From the IMG/VR virus record IMGVR_UViG_3300005326_000098, positions 1 through 32,122 of that record: DNA of 32,122 nt; one strand, 5' to 3'. Below the pieces are notes generated by a model. The model did not search any database and had not been told where the DNA came from. It saw nothing but the letters and a program-made list of their open reading frames with translations. Positions within the stretch are counted from its first letter, which is position 1; every line of letters starts with the position of its first letter. This stretch comes from a virus. Taxonomy: Duplodnaviria > Caudoviricetes. The translations under genes and the position numbers were made by a program. Below are positions 16,242 to 24,494 of the stretch, in pieces.

Positions 16242-16712
16242 TTAGGTTTCCCGTTCAATGTTGGTGGGAGCATCGTAGGACGTATACTGTTCTTCGTCCC
16301 TTTCCACGTCGAGTATGTACGCACCACGTACATTGTCATAATCCGACAACAGGTCTACAACAACAGCAGGGAATGGAAACTCAATACTATCCCTGTCTTT
16401 GTAGGTTTCGCGTAGTATTCCGGTTTGCAGTATGCCCTGTGCTTGCAACCCCATCCGTATGTCGAGGTCCTCCCCGTGTTGCAGGAGGAAGTAGCAGAGT
16501 TCACACTGTGCATCCTTCATCACCTGTACAGCAGTGGTGGGAAGGGAGAAGCGGCGGGAACGGGTGAGGAGTTTGTAGGCGTACAGGATAGAACGGTTTT
16601 TGTTGGCCCCACTCACCCAGTAATCTGTGGAGTTGGGTCGGTCATCGAAATAGGTGTTTGCGTCGGCCAGTGACACCCAACTGTTTGTTCCTGTGGTTAT
16701 TGTGCTTGGCAT
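16242..16712 (-). CDS. Head-tail adaptor (connector) protein
   Basis: NSWVSLADANTYF and KDAQCEL motifs; synteny. Confidence 0.75.
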   Translation of the reverse strand: MPSTITTGTNSWVSLADANTYFDDRPNSTDYWVSGANKNRSILYAYKLLTRSRRFSLPTTAVQVMKDAQCELCYFLLQHGEDLDIRMGLQAQGILQTGILRETYKDRDSIEFPFPAVVVDLLSDYDNVRGAYILDVERDEEQYTSYDAPTNIERET

Positions 16713-16978
16713 TATCTCTTCCCCGGTGCAGTATTTTTACGCCGATCTTCCCCCGCATACCCTGCATCCTCCACCTTATTCAACCTACGCTCTATCTCAG
16801 CGTGTACGGTTTCACAGAAGTGGGTGTCAACCTTGTTGACAAAAATAGATTTTAAACTATCGTCGTGGTAACTTATCTTCGTACCAAACACGCCCTTAAT
16901 ATAAGCTGCGTTGGCTATAAATGCCACGACAGTTACTATAGTAGGCAGCCACGACTCAACACTATTTTCCATACCCAC
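16712..16978 (-). CDS. Small membrane protein, holin/antiholin-like
   Basis: N-terminal hydrophobic helix followed by a charged helical tail. Confidence 0.5.
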   Translation of the reverse strand: MGMENSVESWLPTIVTVVAFIANAAYIKGVFGTKISYHDDSLKSIFVNKVDTHFCETVHAEIERRLNKVEDAGYAGEDRRKNTAPGKR

Positions 16979-16999
16979 TCCAATTTTGCAGGGTAACAG

Positions 17000-17305
17000 T
17001 TACTTACCCTCGTCAGCTATCTTTTGATTGTTGGCTCCCCAACCATATCCAAATACAGCAATCCCAGACTGCACCACAACCCAGCCAACAGTTGCAACGG
17101 TGATGGGAATGCCAGCGACGGTTGCAACGATAAGTGTTCCCCCTGTTGCCACCATTGCACCACCCACAATACCTATAGCAGTACCAATCACCCTCTTTAC
17201 CTTGTACCACGGCCTGTTGTCTTTTGCTACAGGGGATGGGGTTATTATGGAGGCAATTAGACTGGTGGGTGCCTCCTGTGTGGTTGTGGTTGTGGTTTTA
17301 GTCAT
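17000..17305 (-). CDS. Holin-like membrane protein (start revised to ATG 17305)
   Basis: RPWYKVKR followed by two hydrophobic segments. Confidence 0.5.
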   Translation of the reverse strand: MTKTTTTTTQEAPTSLIASIITPSPVAKDNRPWYKVKRVIGTAIGIVGGAMVATGGTLIVATVAGIPITVATVGWVVVQSGIAVFGYGWGANNQKIADEGK

Positions 17306-17567
17306 CGCTGTCAAGACCTGCATGCACACCGTCGAAATAGAACGCGGCCTTCTCCTGCATCAACCCCTCAATGCCTTCCCAGGAGTTGCCGAGTTTATCC
17401 TTGGCATTGGCTGTGAGCCACTTACCGTGCTTGACACCCTCAGCACGAAGAGCGTCGTTGCTGATTTGCCCGCCCAACACCATGACTACCACATCAAGGA
17501 CTACCTTAGACAGACTCCCCTTGATACCGGCGAGAATCCCGTCAAAAATCCCTTTTTCTTCTGGCAT
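17298..17567 (-). CDS. Hypothetical protein, 89 aa
   Basis: RBS AAGGAGGTTTGCA-ATG. Confidence 0.65.
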   Translation of the reverse strand: MPEEKGIFDGILAGIKGSLSKVVLDVVVMVLGGQISNDALRAEGVKHGKWLTANAKDKLGNSWEGIEGLMQEKAAFYFDGVHAGLDSDD

Positions 17568-17597
17568 TGCAAACCTCCTTGGTTTTGTAATAGATGA

Positions 17598-17699
17598 TCA
17601 ATACCCTACAGGACATGCAACAAAACAAAACAACAAACCAATAATAATCCCCACAGCGAATAGGAGAATCAGGGAAACGGTTATCATGACTGAGTGCAT
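17598..17699 (-). CDS. 33-aa single-TM peptide MHSVMITVSLILLFAVGIIIGLLFCFVACPVGY (below the ORF track cutoff)
   Basis: RBS AGGAGATAAC-ATG; fills the gap between neighbouring genes. Confidence 0.55.
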   Translation of the reverse strand: MHSVMITVSLILLFAVGIIIGLLFCFVACPVGY

Positions 17700-17707
17700 G
17701 TTATCTC

Positions 17708-18022
17708 CTATTCATACCTGTGTTTATAAAACCAAAAACTCGCTGTGCAACACCGCAGATACCACCAGTTCACGGCTCGAATATTCGTATCGGCAGGCGG
17801 ACACAACACCCGGTCGAACAGCCAATATCCGGGCCGGTACAGGATAGGGATTGTCGGTATGGGCTTAAACGCCTTGAGGTAGCGTTCCCCGGACTCGATA
17901 ACCCATGACTGATAGGTTTGTTCGGGAGTATCGGAGTGCACGCATGACACCCGCCAGAAGCACAGCACGGCCACAGCGGTGAGGATCGCCAGCCCGATGA
18001 GTATGTCTTTGAGTGTCAGCAT
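17708..18022 (-). CDS. Membrane-anchored or exported hypothetical protein
   Basis: N-terminal hydrophobic helix ILIGLAILTAVAVLCFW. Confidence 0.6.
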   Translation of the reverse strand: MLTLKDILIGLAILTAVAVLCFWRVSCVHSDTPEQTYQSWVIESGERYLKAFKPIPTIPILYRPGYWLFDRVLCPPADTNIRAVNWWYLRCCTASFWFYKHRYE

Positions 18023-18029
18023 GTAGCCC

Positions 18030-18128
18030 TCATATTGTTTGCTCCCCCCAGTTCGCCATATCGGTTTCGGCGTCCACTCGATATGACCCGTTCATCATCC
18101 AGAAGAGCCTATTAAACAACCAAGACAT
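18030..18128 (-). CDS. Possible 32-aa peptide MSWLFNRLFWMMNGSYRVDAETDMANWGEQTI
   Basis: GAGG RBS; fills the gap between two genes. Confidence 0.35.
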   Translation of the reverse strand: MSWLFNRLFWMMNGSYRVDAETDMANWGEQTI

Positions 18129-18136
18129 AGTGAGCC

Positions 18137-18967
18137 TCAGTAGAGTATCCGAGCCGAAGCGTTGTCTATAACACCAGAGAATCCGGAAGCAAAAAGTGAT
18201 ATAATGGAATTACCTGCGTTGTTTACTATTATATCCTCACTGTATGTTCCCGCACTTGACCTGACCGTCCCCGTAGTACCACCACAATACACCCGCAAAG
18301 TGCCGCCTGTCATGCTCACGATGGTATATGTGATTCGTATCTTTGTTCCGGCTGCTTTAAAGGTGTTGAGATACAACGAATAGCCAGAAGCACTTACAGC
18401 AGTAGCGACTCCGCTGCCAATCGTCCACCCTCCACTCGCTACCCATCCCGTGCCAGTGGCAAAGCCGGGGTCAGTTACAAGTTCCGCCCCCATCTTCGGG
18501 CTTTTCCCCTCCTGGTAACCCGGCCTCGTCTGGCTGTCGTTGCCAGATTTGATGGGGCGGATGCTCAGTGTCAACAACCTGACCGGCCCAGTTTCGGCTC
18601 CTCCTGCGGCTCCGCGAATACGCAATCCAGTGTCTGTTGCCGTGAAGTCAAAAGTTCTGGAAAATGTCCCCGATAGGCCCGTAGCATAGGTTGTAGAAGC
18701 TATAAAGTCTTGTATCCTAAGTGTTGGAGTTGATATACCTGAAATGCTCAGTCGGTATTGTTTTCCAATGACAAGAAAACTGCTCTTTGAAATGTGCCCT
18801 GCCAATACATCTACGGTAAATGAATCGGAATCTACTATGGTGGCATTTACCGCACTCCATCCCGAAGTGATATTTATCGGCTGAGGTATTACTTCACTCC
18901 ACAACCCTCCCCACGCACTCGCAGGGAGCAGGCCAAGCAGGAGGCATATCAGTATGAGTCGCTTCAT
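18137..18967 (-). CDS. Signal-peptide protein with two CBM-like beta-sandwich modules
   Basis: MKRLILICLLLGLLPASAWG signal; GAELVTDPGFATGTGW module start, as seen in phage fibre carbohydrate-binding repeats. Confidence 0.7.
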   Translation of the reverse strand: MKRLILICLLLGLLPASAWGGLWSEVIPQPINITSGWSAVNATIVDSDSFTVDVLAGHISKSSFLVIGKQYRLSISGISTPTLRIQDFIASTTYATGLSGTFSRTFDFTATDTGLRIRGAAGGAETGPVRLLTLSIRPIKSGNDSQTRPGYQEGKSPKMGAELVTDPGFATGTGWVASGGWTIGSGVATAVSASGYSLYLNTFKAAGTKIRITYTIVSMTGGTLRVYCGGTTGTVRSSAGTYSEDIIVNNAGNSIISLFASGFSGVIDNASARILY

Positions 18968-19206
18968 TTCGCCTCCGCTTCCGTGACCAGAGTCGCTACG
19001 GTTTTGCCCGTGAACCCTTCGAGGGCTTTCTTCAGGTCTGCGTTCTCCCGTTCCAGCGCAGCCAGACGTGCGGATACCGAGGATTGGACTGCCGGTTGCG
19101 AGGGATTGCTCTTTCCCTCTGGTATGGGCGCAGGCTCAACAACAGGTTCTTCCACCACGCCCTCTTGCAGTTTTTCGTCAGGCTCTTTATATCCTTCCAT
19201 TATCAT
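18964..19206 (-). CDS. Small acidic coiled-coil protein, possible fibre chaperone
   Basis: ARLAALERENADLKKALE; RBS AGGAGA; no signal peptide. Confidence 0.6.
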   Translation of the reverse strand: MIMEGYKEPDEKLQEGVVEEPVVEPAPIPEGKSNPSQPAVQSSVSARLAALERENADLKKALEGFTGKTVATLVTEAEAK

Positions 19207-19212
19207 TCTCCT

Positions 19213-20847
19213 TTATCTGAACCTAATGGGCGAGAAGCACCATCTTCCACCGCTCACGGATTTCATATAGACGGTCACTTGATAATACTTATCCCGCAAC
19301 ATCCACGGACTCTCTATCACAGCCGCCCAATGTTCCCAAGTGCTTGCGGTAGTTACAGTTACCCATCCCGAAGAGTAGATTGTCCCCGTCTGGTTCTTCA
19401 CCACAATCATGATTGCGCCACTGTCTGCATCCGCCTCCGTGCCGGTGAAGTACAGGTCGGTCATGATGGAGTCGGGAGTGAGGGTAACCGGCAGAAACGT
19501 CAGCCCATAAATGCCCGTCTTGAGGCTCGGCGAATCCTCGGAGTCCCATGAGAAGTACTGCGTCCACATGGTTCTGGTCATGGTCGAGTCGATGCCCACG
19601 CCCGCGCTTGTGGAGTCGGTAACAATGAGGGTGAACCGCTCGATGGGGGTATCCCATAGGGTAGCGCCGCCTTGAAATGCATCCGCTCTTATGGTATCGC
19701 TCGGAGCCGCCGCAATCACATTAGCCGATGGTGCGCTCAATGCCGTAGTCGCACTCAGCTTCAGGGAGTCCAGGAACGCGAGGAAACCCGTGAATTTCCC
19801 AAGCGAGTCAATATAGGCCTTGGTGCGGCCAGTGGAGTCTCGCCAGTTCTGAAGCGAGTCGCCATTGGCGGCGACGCCTTTAATGGTAAGCCCCGCAGTA
19901 GCGTCGAAATTTCCGCCCATGCTTACCTTGCCCGTGCTCCCGATGACCATACGGGTCCAGTCCAGACCACCCGTTCCGCTTGCCTGGTTCGTGCCAAAGA
20001 TAATCTTACCCGCCTGATTGTTGAGCGTGGCGTTTTCCTTCACCCCGGCGATATGCCCGAACCCGATATATGGGGTCGCGCCCGCGTTATATTTGCCACC
20101 AAAGATGATACCAGCGCCGACGCCAGCACTATAACTGTCGGTGGAATACAACGACATGACTTGTTGCTGCTGGGAAGGGTTTGAGCCTGAGGTTGTCCCG
20201 CGCAACTGGAACGGAAAATTCGCTGAGGGAGTCATGCCAAATCCCCAATGTCCGGACGAGTCCATGAGCGCCAGCCATGTGTTGTTGCGCCGCAGCCCAA
20301 ACACGTAGCGAGTGGTGTCGGTATTGGCAGTGTTGACTTCAAGCATTGAATTGCTTGCCGCCTGCGAACCCACGGTCATGCGGTCCGACCAGTATGATTT
20401 GTAGAGATACCGGAAAGGATTAACCAGGTCACCACCACTGACACCCTGTACTTGTGTTGAATCCGCTGGATTGCGCTTGAGAGCATCCACCACTGAGTCT
20501 GGTGCCGCAGATTTGGTGAGGTAGGTTATGGCTGCCCTAGCTTCCGCTGCCAAAATGCTGTCATTCCACGCACGGATAAACGAATCGGGGAAAGCCGATG
20601 CCCTCATAATGCTCAGTGTCCTGGCATACCACGCATTGGCAGAATCGGGGAAAGCTGTTTTCAACAAGGCAAGAAACAGGCTGTCGGATATGTCTTGTTG
20701 CAGTCGTGCTTCCACCGCCGCTGTAGTGTCTGTTAGGGCTTTGCGGGATGCACTGTTAGACTGGAAGTCCAGTTGCTTCAGCGTCTGTGTTTGGGCAAAG
20801 CTGATGATGAGCAACCCTGCTGTGAGTACAATTATAAACTTTTTCAT
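19213..20847 (-). CDS. Signal-peptide, D-S/T-rich fibre-like protein (544 aa)
   Basis: MKKFIIVLTAGLLIISFA|Q signal; fibre-type repeats (GKIIFGTN...RMVIGSTGKVSMG); 22 D-S/T dipeptides. Confidence 0.75.
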   Translation of the reverse strand: MKKFIIVLTAGLLIISFAQTQTLKQLDFQSNSASRKALTDTTAAVEARLQQDISDSLFLALLKTAFPDSANAWYARTLSIMRASAFPDSFIRAWNDSILAAEARAAITYLTKSAAPDSVVDALKRNPADSTQVQGVSGGDLVNPFRYLYKSYWSDRMTVGSQAASNSMLEVNTANTDTTRYVFGLRRNNTWLALMDSSGHWGFGMTPSANFPFQLRGTTSGSNPSQQQQVMSLYSTDSYSAGVGAGIIFGGKYNAGATPYIGFGHIAGVKENATLNNQAGKIIFGTNQASGTGGLDWTRMVIGSTGKVSMGGNFDATAGLTIKGVAANGDSLQNWRDSTGRTKAYIDSLGKFTGFLAFLDSLKLSATTALSAPSANVIAAAPSDTIRADAFQGGATLWDTPIERFTLIVTDSTSAGVGIDSTMTRTMWTQYFSWDSEDSPSLKTGIYGLTFLPVTLTPDSIMTDLYFTGTEADADSGAIMIVVKNQTGTIYSSGWVTVTTASTWEHWAAVIESPWMLRDKYYQVTVYMKSVSGGRWCFSPIRFR

Positions 20848-20853
20848 TGTATA

Positions 20854-21270
20854 TTACCTCACCCGTGCTGTAATAGCAGAGACAGAAAGTGTACCCACCA
20901 CCCTCACCACCCTGAAGCGAGTGTAGGGTACTGTGCGTAACCCCACAAACCTCCACCCCCCTGTCGTGTTGGTGGTGATGGTGCGATCCCCATCGTCATC
21001 CAAATTCATCCACCTCACCCCATCCTCACTCCCTTCCAACCTCACCACCACACTATCCGTCCCCGCAATCCCCGACGTGGTGTAAGCCCACGTTATCTCA
21101 CTACTATCCCGGCTATAGACGTAGTTGGTGGTGTCGGCGGATGTGATGGCTGTAAAGGAGATGGCAGTGGCGTTGAGTGCGTAACTATCCCCATTGACTT
21201 GTGTGTAGGACTGTGCTATCCCCACCCACACACACAGTGCCAGTACCAGTGCTAACAGTAACTTTTTCAT
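20854..21270 (-). CDS. Signal-peptide beta-sandwich protein, head decoration/spike-base-like
   Basis: MKKLLLALVLALCVWVGIA|Q signal; VRLEGSEDGVRW motif; 4 D-S/T. Confidence 0.7.
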   Translation of the reverse strand: MKKLLLALVLALCVWVGIAQSYTQVNGDSYALNATAISFTAITSADTTNYVYSRDSSEITWAYTTSGIAGTDSVVVRLEGSEDGVRWMNLDDDGDRTITTNTTGGWRFVGLRTVPYTRFRVVRVVGTLSVSAITARVR

Positions 21271-21280
21271 GGCAATACCC

Positions 21281-22255
21281 TTACACGAAATTGTGGTGAG
21301 TGATGGGTGTGAAGTATGAGTTCAACACCTGATTATACTCGTCGTAATAGCAACGGTGGCAGTGTTCCCCGTTAAAGTACTTTTGCTCCCCCCACACACT
21401 CTCTATATTGTCCAGTGTCCCTATTTGCATGTTGGTGGGGAGGGTGAGGTCCATGTCAGCATGAGCAGACGATGTACCACAACACGGGTATATTCCCCCA
21501 TCTGCCCCAATGATAGGCCGTAGGAGGGATATACGACAATCCTTACACCCCCTGACATACTGTTTGCGGGAAAGGTACACCATTACCCCTTTACTCTGTG
21601 GAAATGCCCCTTCTACTTCTTCCTTCACCCCTGCCATATCCACAGCTTTGTCCAGGTTCAACAGGTCATCCACCACCCGTACATGGGTGAAGTTGTGGGA
21701 GAGGGCGAAGTCCACATATGCTAAAAGGTTGGGGATGTTTGGTTTGTCTGTGAGGACGTAGGAAAATCCCCAATCCACCTTTGGTGCCCGTACTACTGCA
21801 TCATGCAGTATTTCAAAGAAGTGGGGGGTAAGGGGGCGGGTGTCAGCCACACTCACCCTACACCACAACACCCTGCGTAGGGCAAGGGTGGGGAGAATGT
21901 TGATGAGGGTGCCATTGGTTATCAGCCCCACCTCTATACCAAAATTGTGTATGGCAGTGATGAGTTTGGGAAGGTCAGGGTAGCAAAGTGGCTCCCCACC
22001 CCCTGACAGTGTTACGGCCTTGGTTCCCAGTTTGGAGAAGATGGGGAGAGTGGGGAGTATGGAGGACAGGGGGAGGGATATGTCCCTATTGGCATTGGCA
22101 CAAGAGCAAAACGGACAGGAGAGGTTGCAGTTGTAGGTGGGCATGAGGGTGACGTGTATGGGCTTAACCACGTCCCCCAACAACCCCTCCACAGCGTCCT
22201 TGTGGGTAACAAGTTTGAATGGGTATGTGTTTACGGCTGTGAATGTGTTTTGCAC
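21281..22255 (-). CDS. Radical SAM enzyme with SPASM/twitch-like domain
   Basis: CNLSCPFC, LSGGGEP, ITNG; C-terminal C...DGGIYPCC...CHRC. Confidence 0.9.
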   Translation of the reverse strand: MQNTFTAVNTYPFKLVTHKDAVEGLLGDVVKPIHVTLMPTYNCNLSCPFCSCANANRDISLPLSSILPTLPIFSKLGTKAVTLSGGGEPLCYPDLPKLITAIHNFGIEVGLITNGTLINILPTLALRRVLWCRVSVADTRPLTPHFFEILHDAVVRAPKVDWGFSYVLTDKPNIPNLLAYVDFALSHNFTHVRVVDDLLNLDKAVDMAGVKEEVEGAFPQSKGVMVYLSRKQYVRGCKDCRISLLRPIIGADGGIYPCCGTSSAHADMDLTLPTNMQIGTLDNIESVWGEQKYFNGEHCHRCYYDEYNQVLNSYFTPITHHNFV

Positions 22256-22258
22256 TGG

Positions 22259-22846
22259 TTACTCCCCAACTTTTTTAAATGCCAGCATTGCCGTTGCAGT
22301 CCAATCCACATCATATGATCTTTCCCAGTAAGATGGGAAGATGATGGTGAAGAAGTTTCTGTCTGCAAACTCTTTTTCTTCCATTACGCATTGGTGGTAC
22401 ATCCCGTCTATATTCTGCCGTTCTTTGTTGTAGCGATCCATCCCATCTTGCCCCAACGGTCCCCACACCACAACATACTTCCGTGCTATACGTTCTGCCT
22501 GTTCCAGTACTTTCCATGAGTTGGCTTTGACAAAATGTTCCAACACATCAAACAGTATGACAGCATCGAAAGATTTGTCAGAGTAGAGGGTGGGAAGGTC
22601 GGTGATGGCGTCCCCCACATCCCATTTCACCCCCGGCCATGTTTCCCTTGCACACGCCAACCTCTCCAACGACATATCCATCCCTGTTCGTACTGGGATG
22701 TTGTGAAACTGCCCTATTATACCCCCCTCCCCACACCCTACCTCCAACAGTGACCGTACCCCCCAGGATTGGAGTTGGTAGTGAGTAAGTTGGGTTGGGT
22801 TGACAAACACCCTTCCAGTGGGGCTATAGATTTTTGTAGAAGTCAA
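22259..22846 (-). CDS. Class I SAM-dependent methyltransferase (true start possibly GTG 22810)
   Basis: LLEVGCGEG motif I; SFDAVILFDVLEHF. Confidence 0.88.
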   Translation of the reverse strand: MTSTKIYSPTGRVFVNPTQLTHYQLQSWGVRSLLEVGCGEGGIIGQFHNIPVRTGMDMSLERLACARETWPGVKWDVGDAITDLPTLYSDKSFDAVILFDVLEHFVKANSWKVLEQAERIARKYVVVWGPLGQDGMDRYNKERQNIDGMYHQCVMEEKEFADRNFFTIIFPSYWERSYDVDWTATAMLAFKKVGE

Positions 22847-23783
22847 TGTACTTCCTCACGATGGTAGAGGGGGTGTAGTGGGTGTGTGACCAGCGTATAG
22901 CATTCTCCCCATCCTGTTGCAAGGCGTTGGGGTGTTTTACGTAGAACATTGCTATTTCAGCCATTTCATCTATGTTGGTGACGTCTCTTACAGGCACGTC
23001 TTCCCCAAACATTTTCTTATAGGCTGTAAGGGTGCGTGGGTCATAGCGGGAAAGCAACACATGTCCCAGTGCTAAAGATTCCCACCCCCACATCCCTGTA
23101 AACCCTTGGGTGAGGTTGTCAATGGATAGGTTGTAGGATCGACGCAGTTCCAATGCTTCGTAGCGGAGCATGTTACTGAAGCATTGGTGGGTGATGGGTT
23201 GGGTGTGGGAGAGATAGTCAAGGCTTTGGACTATAACCTTGTTATTGCGCCGTCCGTCGGCTGTGTCGTTGTGTATGGCCACCCTCACCCCATCGTTGTA
23301 GGGGACAGTGTGGGGACGGATGGTGGAGAGGTCCAGGACGTTGGGTAGCCAAGTTGCATAGGGTATGGGTGCAATGGGATCACATTTCAGTATGGAGGCG
23401 TCAGCCAACTTACACTCCCTCACCCAGTAGGCAGGGTTGAGTTGGTGAAACCCCCCGTGGAAGTGGAAGACAAACTTCTTCTTCCCCACCAACTTCTCAA
23501 ACGGGTGCCCTTCCCCATATTCGTTGTAGGGGTGGAAGAGGAAGGCGTTGGTGTTGGGTTTGTGCGTCCATATCCAATTGTTGAAGTGGAGGATGTCAAA
23601 CCCTTCTGCTGCCTTGGTTATGTCGTCTATCTCACAGTAGCAGTAGTCCGCGTAGGGGGCAGCAGGGGTGTGGCGTTTGACAATGGAACACGCCTCCCAG
23701 CCAGGGATGGAGTTGAGTGCATTGCGTAAATGCCACGACACCCCAGCACAGTCAAACTCAAGGTTGATTAACAGTACTTTCAC
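22824..23783 (-). CDS. GT-B-fold glycosyltransferase-like protein
   Basis: MKVLLI, DILHFN, FHFHG, LPNVLD and GMWGWESLALG motifs. Confidence 0.65.
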   Translation of the reverse strand: MKVLLINLEFDCAGVSWHLRNALNSIPGWEACSIVKRHTPAAPYADYCYCEIDDITKAAEGFDILHFNNWIWTHKPNTNAFLFHPYNEYGEGHPFEKLVGKKKFVFHFHGGFHQLNPAYWVRECKLADASILKCDPIAPIPYATWLPNVLDLSTIRPHTVPYNDGVRVAIHNDTADGRRNNKVIVQSLDYLSHTQPITHQCFSNMLRYEALELRRSYNLSIDNLTQGFTGMWGWESLALGHVLLSRYDPRTLTAYKKMFGEDVPVRDVTNIDEMAEIAMFYVKHPNALQQDGENAIRWSHTHYTPSTIVRKYIDFYKNL

Positions 23784-24490
23784 TCCAACCCCCGCCTGTG
23801 TTTAGACTTGTCCAGTACCAGTTTGGTGGCGTTCATAGGTTTGGCTTTGGTGTTGGTGATGTTACCAGCCCACCGTCTTTGCCACCCCAGACAGCGATTC
23901 AAGTGTTCAAAGGTAAAACCGGCCTCCACAGCCCGTAGAACAAAGTCGTAGTCTTCACAAGGCTCTTCTTGGAAGGGGCCTACTGTTTCCCGTAGTTTGC
24001 GTTTCCACATCCACACACACCCAAGAAAGTAACCGTTGTTAAACAGGGTGGGAAGTGACCATGTTTGGTCAACCTCTTCCCACAAGTTTCTCCTGAACAA
24101 CTCCCCCTCCCCTGTGTGGTCCATCACCCCTATTTCATTATTGCAATACACGTGATCACATTTTGGGTTGAGGGTGAGGTATTGTACCATCTCTTCAAAC
24201 GCGGTTGGGTAGAGGATGTTGTCCGACGCCCACCATGTTTCCAGTGCCCCATTGGACAACCCAAAGCCCGTATTCAACGCCTTGCCGGTCCCACCGTTGA
24301 CTAGTTGCACCACAACCCTAATTCGCCTATCCTTGAGTATGTAGCTTTGCAGGATGGAGGGGGTGGAGTCGGTACTGGCATCATCAACTATTATCAGTTC
24401 CCAGTTGGGGTAGGTTTGGGAAAGGATAGAGTCGATAGCATCCCGTACAAACAGTTCATGGTTGAATGTGGGCATGACAACCGTCAGCAT
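23780..24490 (-). CDS. Family 2 glycosyltransferase
   Basis: VVMPTFN, SILSQTYPNWELIIVDDASTD, ALNTG, SDN, EDYDF. Confidence 0.93.
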   Translation of the reverse strand: MLTVVMPTFNHELFVRDAIDSILSQTYPNWELIIVDDASTDSTPSILQSYILKDRRIRVVVQLVNGGTGKALNTGFGLSNGALETWWASDNILYPTAFEEMVQYLTLNPKCDHVYCNNEIGVMDHTGEGELFRRNLWEEVDQTWSLPTLFNNGYFLGCVWMWKRKLRETVGPFQEEPCEDYDFVLRAVEAGFTFEHLNRCLGWQRRWAGNITNTKAKPMNATKLVLDKSKHRRGLE

Positions 24491-24494
24491 GGCA

